From: Bacteroidia bacterium
GTDB lineage: Bacteria; Bacteroidota; Bacteroidia; NS11-12g; UBA955
Assembly (NCBI GenBank): GCA_025450395.1
Contig: JANWHK010000025.1
Span: 1-36,008 of the forward strand
Reading direction: 5' to 3'
DNA: 36,008 nucleotides
How positions within the stretch are numbered: the stretch's first letter is position 1; every line of letters begins with the position of its first letter. Below, one piece after another: positions 25,208-35,300 of this stretch. The notes beneath the pieces were generated by a model. That model searched no databases. It had not been told where the DNA came from and saw nothing but the letters and a program-made list of their open reading frames with translations. The translations under genes and the position numbers were made by a program.

Positions 25208-26388
25208 TACGGAATTTAATCCTGGCAAAACAAAGTTACCTGCAATTGACAATCGTCATGTTCGGGAGTTTATTCGGCCTGGTGCTTGTAATGGGTTCAG
25301 TTCAGTTGTTCTTTGATTTTAAACAACTGATAGTAAACAAGGAAGATCTTGTCAGTCCTCAGTTCCTCGTAGTGAATAAACGGGTGAACATGATGAATAC
25401 CATAACCGGAAGCAAGAATTTTTTCGGGGACGAAGAGATCAGGGAATTTGAACAGGTGCCGTCGGTTGAGAAGATTGGAAAATTCAAGGCAAATCTTTTC
25501 AAGGCGAAAACCGCTTTTGATTTTATGGGTAATTCGGTTTATACCGATATGTTTTTCGAAGCAGTACCTGATGAGTTCCTGGATATCAAAACAGAGCAGT
25601 GGTCATGGCAGGAAGGGCAGACAGTCCCCATCATATTGCCGGTAGATTATATCAACTTATATAATTTCGGTTTTGCCCCCAGCCAGGGTTTGCCTCAGAT
25701 CTCGCACGGCACGGCAAAGATGGCCGCATTGAAGGTGAAAGTGGAAGGCCAGGGCAAACAAGTGGAATTACCGGGAAGGATAGCGGGTTTTACCAACCGT
25801 ATCAATTCCATCCTTGTGCCTGAAAGTTTCCTGGATTATGCTAACCGCAATTTTGGGGATGCTCCTTCTTCAGGACCCTCGCGGATAGTGGTGGTGACCA
25901 ATGATCCATCCAATACAGCACTGTCCGATTATATTGACAAGAATGGGTATGAGACCAATCTCGAATTATTGAAAAATGGCAAATTAAACGCTATTTTAAA
26001 ACTGATTTTAGCGATTGTCCTTGTAATAGGGGGAGTCATTGTATTATTGTCTGTTCTGGGCTTTGTACAATATTCGCAATTACTGGTCAATAATTCGCGG
26101 TACGAGATCAAGACCCTTTTACAACTGGGATATTATCACCTGGATATTTTAAGGCATTATATGGTGTTTTACAGCGTACTCACAGGCATCATCGGCATAT
26201 TGGGTGCGGTCATCATGTTGTTGGGCAAGCATTATTTTAATGCGTTCATGCTGGCAAGAGGTTTTGAGGTGGAACCAGGTGTATACATGTTTGTGTTCAT
26301 CACGGGACTGCTTATGCTGATGTGTTTTATGGCCATCAATTCAGTGAATTTATACCGCATGGTCAGGCGACTTGCAAAACCCGAATAA
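25204..26388 (+). CDS. FtsX/MacB-type ABC permease (4 TM with a large extracytoplasmic loop)
   Basis: 394 aa. TM1 (LQLTIVMFGSLFGLVLVMGSV) is followed by a soluble loop of about 225 aa and then three C-terminal TM helices (LILAIVLVIGGVIVLLSVLGF, VFYSVLTGIIGILGAVIMLLG, MFVFITGLLMLMCFMAI). This is the FtsX/LolCE/MacB topology. An ATGA overlap links it to the ATPase gene. Confidence 0.8.
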   Translation: MIRNLILAKQSYLQLTIVMFGSLFGLVLVMGSVQLFFDFKQLIVNKEDLVSPQFLVVNKRVNMMNTITGSKNFFGDEEIREFEQVPSVEKIGKFKANLFKAKTAFDFMGNSVYTDMFFEAVPDEFLDIKTEQWSWQEGQTVPIILPVDYINLYNFGFAPSQGLPQISHGTAKMAALKVKVEGQGKQVELPGRIAGFTNRINSILVPESFLDYANRNFGDAPSSGPSRIVVVTNDPSNTALSDYIDKNGYETNLELLKNGKLNAILKLILAIVLVIGGVIVLLSVLGFVQYSQLLVNNSRYEIKTLLQLGYYHLDILRHYMVFYSVLTGIIGILGAVIMLLGKHYFNAFMLARGFEVEPGVYMFVFITGLLMLMCFMAINSVNLYRMVRRLAKPE

Positions 26389-26438
26389 TTGTTTATCAAC
26401 AGCTTCGTATCCCTGTTTATAAAAACTAAAATTATTCC

Positions 26439-26446
26439 TAAGTTTG
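26439..26446 (+). promoter_or_regulatory. Candidate -7 box (TAAGTTTG)
   Basis: TAnnTTTG match 27 nt upstream of ATG 26474. Confidence 0.45.
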
Positions 26447-26473
26447 AACCATCATTCCTAGCAAGCAATAAAA

Positions 26474-28174
26474 ATGAACCGCCAATACATCCCGCAAGAC
26501 TTTAAGATCACAGACTGGACCAACCTGCAACCATATTTTGATGAGATATTGAATTACCCTGTCACCTCACTTGAGACTTACCAGGTTTTCCTGGCGCATG
26601 TGAGCGAACTTGAAAGTATAGTGAGTGAAGACCTTGCCTGGCGCTATATTAAAATGACCTGCGACACGAACAACCAGGCACTGGAAACGGATTATATAGA
26701 TTTTGTCACCAATATACAGCCTAATATTGCACCTTATGAAGACAAGATAAACCAGAAAATAAATGACTCGCCCTATAAAAAAGATCTTGCGAAGGACAAA
26801 GCGTATTTTATTTATTTCAGGGCCATACAAAATTCCATCGACCTTTTCAGGGAGGAAAATATTCCCCTGCAGGCTGAATTGCAAACACTGTCGCAAAAAT
26901 ACGGGACCATCAGTGGAGCCATGTCTGTAGAAATTGAAGGAGAGACCCTGACCTTGCAGCAGGCTTCCAATAAGTTGAAGGAAGTGGATAGGGAACGCAG
27001 GAAAAATGCTTATGAGATCATCAACAACAAGAGACTGGAAAGTAAAAAGGAACTTGATGAATTGTTCGACCAGTTGATCAAGTTGCGACACCAGGTGGCA
27101 CTTAATTGTGGTTTTAAGAATTTCAGGGATTACATGCACCAGGCGTTGGGTAGATTTGACTATTCAGTGAATGATTGTTTCAATTTTCATGAAGCCATTG
27201 AAAAAGTGGTGGTGCCCCTGAACAGGAAAATAGAGGAACACAGGAAAACCAGCCTGGCCTATGAGAACTTAAAGCCTTACGACCTGGCAGTTGACCCGAT
27301 GAACAGGGAACCCTTGAAACCATTCACGGATGGGGAGGAATTACTGGAGAAAACAGTGAAATGTTTTGAAGTGGTTGAACCACAGTTTGCCAGGAATTTG
27401 CAGGTAATGGCAGACAAGGGTTTCCTGGACCTTGACAGCCGTATAGGAAAAGCACCTGGAGGGTATAATTATCCTTTGGCAGAAAGTGGTATACCGTTTA
27501 TCTTCATGAATGCCGCCGGCAGTTTAAGGGACCTTGAAACCATGGTGCATGAAGGCGGGCACGCGATGCATTCTTTCCTCAGTGAACATTTAAAACTGAA
27601 TGCATTCAAGAATGCACCGATGGAGGTGGCTGAAGTGGCCAGCATGTCGATGGAACTCATCAGCATGGAAGGGTGGAATGTGTTTTTTGACAATGAAGAA
27701 GAATTAAAACGTGCGATGATTGAACAGCTTGAAGGTGTAATTGCCACCTTGCCCTGGATTGCCACTATTGACGCTTACCAGCATTGGTTATACACCCATC
27801 CTGAGCACACGCTTGAAGAAAGGACTGCTGAATGGGTCAAGATATGCAAGCGGTTTGATACCGGTGTGACAGATATGGGCGGATATGAACATTATCTCGC
27901 GAACAGCTGGCAAAAACAGCTGCATTTATACGAAGTGCCTTTTTATTATATTGAATATGGTTTTGCGCAATTAGGAGCCATTGCAATCTGGCGTAATGTG
28001 TTGAAAAATAAAAAGAATGGACTTGACGGATACAAACAGATGCTGGAACTCGGCTACACGGTTTCGATTCCCGAACTCTATGAAGCAGGAAAGGTAAAAT
28101 TCAATTTTTCACCTGGCTATGTAGGGGAATTATTTGATTTTGTATGGGAAGAACTTCAAAAATTAAAATCTTAA
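26474..28174 (+). CDS. pepF: M3-family oligoendopeptidase (PepF-like)
   Basis: 566 aa with no signal peptide. It has the zinc motif HEGGHAMH and the downstream EVASMSME glutamate region, and its length and helical N-domain are typical of M3B oligoendopeptidases. Confidence 0.8.
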   Translation: MNRQYIPQDFKITDWTNLQPYFDEILNYPVTSLETYQVFLAHVSELESIVSEDLAWRYIKMTCDTNNQALETDYIDFVTNIQPNIAPYEDKINQKINDSPYKKDLAKDKAYFIYFRAIQNSIDLFREENIPLQAELQTLSQKYGTISGAMSVEIEGETLTLQQASNKLKEVDRERRKNAYEIINNKRLESKKELDELFDQLIKLRHQVALNCGFKNFRDYMHQALGRFDYSVNDCFNFHEAIEKVVVPLNRKIEEHRKTSLAYENLKPYDLAVDPMNREPLKPFTDGEELLEKTVKCFEVVEPQFARNLQVMADKGFLDLDSRIGKAPGGYNYPLAESGIPFIFMNAAGSLRDLETMVHEGGHAMHSFLSEHLKLNAFKNAPMEVAEVASMSMELISMEGWNVFFDNEEELKRAMIEQLEGVIATLPWIATIDAYQHWLYTHPEHTLEERTAEWVKICKRFDTGVTDMGGYEHYLANSWQKQLHLYEVPFYYIEYGFAQLGAIAIWRNVLKNKKNGLDGYKQMLELGYTVSIPELYEAGKVKFNFSPGYVGELFDFVWEELQKLKS

Positions 28175-28175
28175 A

Positions 28176-30182
28176 ATGAGAAACGTACTGATTGGATTAG
28201 TGGTTATAGTAGTTGCTGTCGGGGCCTATTTTGCCTGGATCAAGCTTTCACCAAATAAGTTCTCTGATGGATTTTACCTGATCCCGGCCGATGCGGTGAT
28301 GGTGATAGAAACACAGGACCCGGTGAAAAGCTGGCAGACCTTCAGTTCCGGCAATATATGGCATGGCATGAAAACATTCCCGCCATTTGCCCGAATTACA
28401 AAAAATGCGGACAGGATGGATGAAATGATAAAAACCAACCAGCAGGTTTTTTCGATGTTGGGCCAGCGGCATTTGCTCATCTCCATTCACATGACCAAGG
28501 CCAGGGATTATGATTTTGTTTATTATGCGGATATGAAAGAAGCTTCCAAGTCAGATATGGTGAAAACATCTTTAACCAGCCTGATTACGCAACTTGATTA
28601 TACGCATACGGTAAGGACCTCGAAGAACGTAGAAGTCAATGAATTTTTTGACCCCAAAACAAGAGAGGTTTTATCCATCTGTTTTGTCAGCAATTACCTG
28701 GTGGCGAGCTATAACAAGTCCCTTGTGGATAAGGTGATTTCAGCATCACAATTGCCCGAAGAGCAAATGGGCATGAACCCCAGGTTCACTGAGGTCAACC
28801 AACTCACTTCAGCTAACGGGCTTTGCAGGGTGCTCATCAATTATAAGACCTTTCACCAGTATCTTGGTGTTTATATGGATGATGTGAGTGATGTGAAGGA
28901 CCTGTGTTCCAGCCTGTTTTATACCGGCCTGGATTGTTCGATAGAAGACGATATGATACTGGCAGATGGACATACCATTGTCAACGATAGTTTAAGTTCT
29001 TATTTACAGGCACTGTCCATTTCAGGAAAATCAGGTTCCGATGCAGAGAAGGTATTTTCCGAAAAGACCTCCTTTTTCCTGAGTATGGGATTTACGGATT
29101 TTGGCACCTTTTATGGCAACCTTGAAAAGGTGTTGCAAAAAGACCGGGTGGCCTATAATGCCCAGCAAAAGAACCTCAGAAAGGTTGAAAAGCTGCTCAA
29201 TATCAATATAAAAAAGCACCTCTTAAGCTGGATGGGAAGCGAAGTGGCAATAGCCCAATACGAAACAGATTTATTGATTGGAAATAAGGTCAGAAGCATA
29301 CTGGCGATCAAGGCGGATGATATGGACGCAGCCAGGGAGAATCTCTTGATGGTGGAAAAACAAGTGAGAAAGCGCACACCTATAAAATTCAATGATGTCA
29401 TATATAAGGGGTACACTATCAAGTATATTGAAGTGAAAGGTTTGTTCAAGGCATTTCTCGGCAATTTATTTTCAAAGATTGAGAAACCTTATTACACGAT
29501 TATTGATGACTATGTCGTGTTTAGTGACGATCCAAAAACAATACTGGTCACCATCGATGATTTTATAGCTCAGAAAACCCTTGCCAACAAACAGGAATAC
29601 AGGGATTTCAGGGGTAAATTCTCCGACAAGACCAGTGTCATGGCCTATATCAGTCCCAATCATCATTTTGCAAATTTCAAGGGTTTGCTGAATGAAGCAA
29701 GCTGGGCCAGTTCACAGGTGAACCAACAGTACATAAGGTGTTTTAACCATGTTGGCATGAGTTTGTCGGGAGATGGTGACAGGATGCGCACGGTCTTGGC
29801 TGCTTATTATTTGCCCTGGATAGCACCTGTCGAAGTCATTGATACTTCCGATAGTGAAACAGATACCCTATCTGTTTTCGACCAGTTCTATGCACGGAAT
29901 TTCAGCAACAACATGCATACCACCTATTATGAAAATGGTAATCCTAAAACATCTGCTGAAATGGATGGAACCATGATGGATGGCGTCTACATGGATTATT
30001 ATGAGAATGGCATCATTAAAACCAAGGGCAAATACAAGAACGGTTTGAAGAATGGTACCTGGCGGTATTATAAACCTGATGGCGATTTTGACCACAAGGA
30101 AAAATACATCAACGGTGAACTGAAGAAGCCAAACTTGCTGGAGAAACTTTTCGGGGGTGGTAAGGAGGGGACGGAAGCTTAA
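28176..30182 (+). CDS. N-terminally anchored protein, DUF3352-like body with C-terminal MORN-variant repeats
   Basis: 668 aa. TM helix VLIGLVVIVVAVGAYFAWI is followed by FYLIPADAVMVIETQDP. The C-terminal repeats are YYENGNPKTSAEMDGTMMDGVYMDYYENGIIKTKGKYKNGLKNGTWRYYKPDG (MORN-variant/YwqK-like). It starts 1 nt after the pepF stop. Confidence 0.75.
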   Translation: MRNVLIGLVVIVVAVGAYFAWIKLSPNKFSDGFYLIPADAVMVIETQDPVKSWQTFSSGNIWHGMKTFPPFARITKNADRMDEMIKTNQQVFSMLGQRHLLISIHMTKARDYDFVYYADMKEASKSDMVKTSLTSLITQLDYTHTVRTSKNVEVNEFFDPKTREVLSICFVSNYLVASYNKSLVDKVISASQLPEEQMGMNPRFTEVNQLTSANGLCRVLINYKTFHQYLGVYMDDVSDVKDLCSSLFYTGLDCSIEDDMILADGHTIVNDSLSSYLQALSISGKSGSDAEKVFSEKTSFFLSMGFTDFGTFYGNLEKVLQKDRVAYNAQQKNLRKVEKLLNINIKKHLLSWMGSEVAIAQYETDLLIGNKVRSILAIKADDMDAARENLLMVEKQVRKRTPIKFNDVIYKGYTIKYIEVKGLFKAFLGNLFSKIEKPYYTIIDDYVVFSDDPKTILVTIDDFIAQKTLANKQEYRDFRGKFSDKTSVMAYISPNHHFANFKGLLNEASWASSQVNQQYIRCFNHVGMSLSGDGDRMRTVLAAYYLPWIAPVEVIDTSDSETDTLSVFDQFYARNFSNNMHTTYYENGNPKTSAEMDGTMMDGVYMDYYENGIIKTKGKYKNGLKNGTWRYYKPDGDFDHKEKYINGELKKPNLLEKLFGGGKEGTEA

Positions 30183-30199
30183 TCCTTCGAGAACCTCAG

Positions 30200-30227
30200 G
30201 ATGACAGCTTCACGGTGACAGTAATCT
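30200..30227 (+). repeat. Heptad/14-nt periodic tract GATGACA GCTTCAC GGTGACA GTAATCT
   Basis: GATGACAG and GGTGACAG recur 14 nt apart, followed by GTAATC (the 7946 heptad core). The tract starts 17 nt after the stop at 30180..30182. Confidence 0.7.
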
Positions 30228-30306
30228 CACTATCAATAAATAAGCATATTATTTAACCCTATATAAAAATCATTAAAATTTATGTAAAATATCGAATTAC
30301 AGATGG

Positions 30307-30314
30307 TAAATTTG
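30307..30314 (+). promoter_or_regulatory. Candidate -7 box (TAAATTTG) for trxA
   Basis: TAnnTTTG match 23 nt upstream of ATG 30338. Confidence 0.45.
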
Positions 30315-30337
30315 TATAGAAATAAAACATTGACGTT

Positions 30338-30673
30338 ATGGCAAAAAAACTAACAGATGCAAATTGGGATCACGATGTACTGGGTTCAGACAAACCTGTA
30401 CTCGTTGATTTTTGGGCGGAATGGTGTGGCCCTTGCCGCGCAATGGAACCCATGATAGATGAATTGGCCAGGGCTTATGAAGGCAAGGCTGTGGTAGGAA
30501 AGTTAAATGCAGACGAAAATCCCGGCGTTGCCACAAAATATAGCATACGTGGCCTGCCCACCATGCTGGTGTTCAAGAGAGGCGAACTGGTGGATAAGAT
30601 CGTCGGAGTTGCATCAAAGCAAATGTTGTCGAAGATGATTGATAATCAGATGGATACTCCGGCCAGCATTTAA
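30338..30673 (+). CDS. trxA: Thioredoxin
   Basis: 111 aa with the active site WAEWCGPCR, a canonical thioredoxin length, and the conserved GLPTMLVFKRGE region. Confidence 0.95.
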   Translation: MAKKLTDANWDHDVLGSDKPVLVDFWAEWCGPCRAMEPMIDELARAYEGKAVVGKLNADENPGVATKYSIRGLPTMLVFKRGELVDKIVGVASKQMLSKMIDNQMDTPASI

Positions 30674-30712
30674 AATTGCCTTTACTCCGTTTTCACAATG
30701 CAGCATCTCCTA

Positions 30713-31588
30713 TCAGTTGTCATCTTGGGAAATGTGGAATGCAATTCTTGAATCTTTATATGTCAGGTAAGTTGAAATTTCAGTTTTGAGATTTTCAAGA
30801 TATTGGGTCTGAACACTATCTCTCGCAGTCTTGATTTCCCTGTTGTAACCTGAAAGCGTTTTCAGCGCAAAAGCAGGCATTTGCTTGTCCCCGGGTATTT
30901 TACCAATCGAACTGTCAACATGAAGCAACATGGTTTTCTGTGCGAATGATACGACTATTCCACAAATTGAAACCAGCTGGCATGGTTTTTTTATTTCCCT
31001 TGTTTCAAGTTTATTACAGGAATATTTTAATGTACTATGTCTGCCATTCGAAAACTCAACACAAACCGCGCCGTTTATATCGGAAATTAATCGTCGGATA
31101 CTGTCAGAATAAAAATTGGAATTGCCGGAATTAAACTGCAGCATTTTCTTGTTCTTTTTTATCAGTGTTATTCCTCCGGTTGAGGTTCCCAGCCATATCC
31201 TGTCTAGATCATCAATGGCGATGGAGGTAATGTTGCAATCGGGAATGCTGGTATTGTCAGATGTCAGGGTATAGAATGTGTAGTTATCATATCGCATGAT
31301 CCCTTTATCAGTTCCGACCCAAAGGTTTCCATCAGGTTCAACTGCAATAGAGCTGATATTGTCAGAAGGAAGCATTGAGTTTCCCTTATGGTAATGGACA
31401 GTTTTCCCATTTGACCTCTTAATTTTCCAAAGTCCTTTTGTAGTGCCGATCCAGAAGTGTTTTTCGCTCACGCCAATGGCTGTCACTATCGTATCCGGTG
31501 AAACTGATGTTTTGCTTAGACCGGAATATTTGAAAACTGTACTGGTTAAAAGTATAAAGGCCTGAATAAGAATGATAAGTGGTTTCAT
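30713..31588 (-). CDS. Secreted stand-alone two-component-regulator-propeller (Reg_prop) repeat protein with an uncharacterised C-terminal domain
   Basis: Signal peptide MKPLIILIQAFILLTSTVF. Blade motifs FWIGTTKGLW, LWVGTDKGIM and IWLGTSTGGI are the same repeat type as in the kinase sensor domain at 32317..35355. The last 120 aa or so match nothing I recognise. Confidence 0.75.
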   Translation of the reverse strand: MKPLIILIQAFILLTSTVFKYSGLSKTSVSPDTIVTAIGVSEKHFWIGTTKGLWKIKRSNGKTVHYHKGNSMLPSDNISSIAVEPDGNLWVGTDKGIMRYDNYTFYTLTSDNTSIPDCNITSIAIDDLDRIWLGTSTGGITLIKKNKKMLQFNSGNSNFYSDSIRRLISDINGAVCVEFSNGRHSTLKYSCNKLETREIKKPCQLVSICGIVVSFAQKTMLLHVDSSIGKIPGDKQMPAFALKTLSGYNREIKTARDSVQTQYLENLKTEISTYLTYKDSRIAFHISQDDN

Positions 31589-31669
31589 AGCTTTCTGATT
31601 ATTAGTACAACAAAGTTCAGCAATATCAAAAGGCCCTTCAACTGCATAATGATGTAGTTTTTCAGGAAA

Positions 31670-32317
31670 TCAGATAATACCCTCATTCAGGGCCTTGGAA
31701 ACCGCCTCTGTCATGGAATGTACATGTAATTTTTCGTATATATGCTTGATATGAAAACGCACAGTATCAAGGCTGATATTGCATGAATCAGCTATCATTT
31801 TATAACTCAGTCCTTTCGTGAGATGGGAAAGAATTTCCATTTCCCTGTCACTTAAATTATTTTCATGTTTAATTACGGGGAATTTATTGGTCTTTGTAAA
31901 GAGATTGAGGATTTTCAATGCTATGGATGGACTAATAGGGGCACCCCCTTCGTACACCTTGAAAATACCTTCTATGATTTCAGAACTATCCGACTTTTTT
32001 AACAGATACCCTACGGCACCGGCACATATCGAATGAAAGATCTTCCGGTCATCATCAAATACGGTTAGCATAATGATCTTAATGTCATTGTATTCACTAT
32101 GGACAAGCCTCGTAGCCTCAATCCCGGAACGAAACGGCATGTCAATATCCATCAGGATCACATCCGGTTTTTCAAGCTTCATTTGTTCCATAATAAAACT
32201 TGCGTCAGGAAATGCACCTATGAGTTTAATTTCAGGATATAAGCCTATAAGTGTTGACAGGCTGTCACGCAAAGAGGCATTGTCTTCAAAAATGGCAACT
32301 TTGATGGGATGACTCAT
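31670..32317 (-). CDS. Response regulator, NarL/FixJ (LuxR-type HTH) family
   Basis: Receiver domain (IFEDN, phospho-acceptor context VILMDIDMP, MLTVFDD..K) plus a C-terminal HTH (LSDREMEILSHLTKGLSYKMIADSCNISLDTVRFHIKHIYEKLHV). Its start overlaps the kinase stop (TAATG). Confidence 0.92.
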   Translation of the reverse strand: MSHPIKVAIFEDNASLRDSLSTLIGLYPEIKLIGAFPDASFIMEQMKLEKPDVILMDIDMPFRSGIEATRLVHSEYNDIKIIMLTVFDDDRKIFHSICAGAVGYLLKKSDSSEIIEGIFKVYEGGAPISPSIALKILNLFTKTNKFPVIKHENNLSDREMEILSHLTKGLSYKMIADSCNISLDTVRFHIKHIYEKLHVHSMTEAVSKALNEGII

Positions 32318-35300
32318 TATTTAATGATTAATTTCAGGTTGAGAATGGTGCCAATGGATTTTTCTGAGATGATATCCAAAAATCCCTTGAGTTCCACGGC
32401 CCTTTTTTTCATATTGTAAATACCATTTCCGCCACTTGATTTCTTTTCAGGGTCAATACCGCCAATTCCATTGTCCTTTATCTGTATCACTACATTTCCG
32501 GAGTCGTTAAAGATATTTAACTGGCACTCGTTGGCCTCGGCATATTTGGCTACATTGTTAATGGCTTCCTTGCAAATCAGGTAGATATTTTTTCGTTGTT
32601 GGATACTCAGGGTTTTAAGGGATATCTCATCCGGTATATCAAAAATAAATTTCACGCCTTTTGCACTTAGTATCTGGTTGGCAAATATTTCAATTCTTTG
32701 AATGACATCCTGGAACCGGTCATTTTTAGGATTGATAGCCCAGACGATATCACTCATGTTTTCCATTGCATTTTTAGCGGTTATCTGGATATTGTTAAGT
32801 GTAGGAAGTATCTGTGGAAATTGGTCATGGGACATTCTTTTGGCCACTTCGCTGTAAATGGAAATGCTGCTTAGAGCTGACCCGATATCATCATGCAGGT
32901 CTCTCGAAATATTGTCTCTGATTGCCTGCAACTGGTGTATACGGTTCAATCTGTGGCGGTATAAAAGGTAGAGTGTTCCACTAATCACGAAAAATATAAG
33001 GGACATAAACCACCATGTTTTCCAAAATGGTCCGTGTACATGTATCAGGTAGCTGAAAATTTCAGGGTTTCTAAATCCAATCTTGTTTGAGCAATCTATA
33101 AGCAGGGTATATTCACCGGCAGGTAGTGTAGTTAAATGAAGCGAATTGTTGCTGCCAAGGGAATTCCATGCGGTATTCAGTCCTTCAAGCTTGTAACTGT
33201 AAATGTTTTTATCCGGATCGATATAATTTATGCCCGTAAATTCAAAATTAAGGGTCTTGTCCTTGTAGTAAAAATCAATTTCACGGACACCGGGTACAAT
33301 TGCCAGATCCATTCCCGACTTTTGTATGGAAGTAAGGGCGATTTTTGGGAATAAGGGATTGACCGTCATGCGGTCCGGGTTGAAAGTCCATAAATAGCGG
33401 TCACATGTCATAAGTGCCCTTCCATCTTGTAAAAATACCAGGTCAGCATCCATTAGGTATTCAGAGGGTAATCCATCTGAAAAATGATAGGTGTGGATTG
33501 CATTTGTTTGTGAATTGAATCTAACCAGGCCCGCTGTAGTGCCAATCCAGAGCTGACCTAGATTATCCGGGCGAATAAAATTCATTTGATCAGAAGGCAT
33601 GCCATTGGAATGATTAAAAATTTCTATTTCATGACTCACCATGTCAAATCTTAACAACCCGGAATGTGAGGTAGTGATCCAAAGATAATCATTAAACAGC
33701 GCCATGTTAAAGGTGCAGCTATAGTCCATTCCGGATATTCCGGATCCCTTTTTTGAGGTTTTGTAATGAGTTGAAGTAAGATTGTTAAGATCAAGGCAGG
33801 TGATTTCAGATGATTCATGGTACCCAAACCACAAGCGGTTTAAGTTGTCAATTTTTCCACCAATGGGAGATAGGTATTTAAGCAATGAATTAGAGTCTGA
33901 AGAAGCATAAAAATGATAACTCTTAAAATCCGGGCTCAATTGCAACAGGCCTTGTAACCAGATACCTATCCACCAATTCTGATTTTTATCCCGAACAATG
34001 AATTTAAAGTTGCCTTTCGTGATTCCAATGAGAGCTTCAGGGAGTTTTAATTTAATAAATTGATCGGTTTTTTCATCATAAAAACCCAGGCCGTCATCAG
34101 TGCCCAGAAACAGTCTGTCTTGATCCTCAGAAATGGCAAATATGCCTTTTTCATCATTTTTTAATCCGGCATGAAAGGTATTGCCATTGGTCATGTCTAT
34201 CTTATACAGGCCATTGAAGTATGAACCTGCCCAAACCTGGTGGTTTTTATCCTGATACAAATTATAAGCGGAACGAAGAGGAAAATTAGAATTGTCAGAT
34301 ACATAAGTCTTCATCTGGCTAAAATTACACTGGGAAGGATGAACCATGTCAAATCCATAGCCCGTTGTTACAAAAATGCTACCCTGTTTATCCTTATATA
34401 GAAGAACTACCATGTCATTGCCCAATGAACCGGGCATTTCAGGATCACTTTTAATAAAATGGAATGCACCATTACTTATATCTATCTCAACTATTCCTTT
34501 CAAGAAGGTGCTGGCCCAATATATATTGTCCTTGACCTGCACCATACTTACCGGAAAAAACTCCATTTTGTCTGAAAATTTTATCGAATCCGTCATACCG
34601 GTGCGCGGATCAAAAGTGTATACGCCTGGAAATTTCATGCTCATGAAAACAAGGTTTCCGTTTTCAGCCTGTGTAAAGGCTTGAATATAACCCATTTGCA
34701 AAATCCTTAATTTCTCAGGATTATGTCCTTTATGCATAAATTCCTTACCGTCCCTTGAAAAGAACATGCCCTTATGTGTAGATACCCATAAGCCTGTGCT
34801 AGTCGTATACATACCAAAGGGAATGCACTTCAGTTTTTCAGGAAGTTTCCCTTTTGACAATAATGCCAATGTTGGGACTACCTTTTTAAAATCTGCTGAA
34901 GTCTTGATTATACCGTTGCTCAGACCCATAAACATATGGCCCTTAAACATGGAGACAGAGTTGATTGGTGTAATATTAAGTTGTCCGGTATCAACAGGAA
35001 TTTGCATGTAATTGGAGAAACTGAGATCATGGTTTAAAATAGAAAGCCCATTTGGTGTCGCAACCCAGATCCTTCCATACGGGTCTTCAGCAATATCCCT
35101 GACGTCATTACTTAAAATTGATTTTGGATTATTGGACTGGTGCCTGAAGGTTTTAACGGTTTTGCCATCAAATCGGTTGAGCCCATCCCCCATGGTACCG
35201 ATCCACAAAAATCCCCGGCTGTCCATGAAGAAACATCTCACGTTATCCGAACTAAGGCCATTCCGGGTACTTATATGCCTGAAATGTGTAGTCAGGTCCT

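Noticed and set aside
26567-27139. 190-aa ORF antisense to pepF, the longest shadow ORF in the window
   Set aside because: It lies entirely inside a well-supported M3 peptidase gene on the opposite strand. Its product is low-complexity (L/F/I/Q-rich), as expected from reading an E/K/L-rich gene backwards. It has no upstream -7 box and no recognisable motif.
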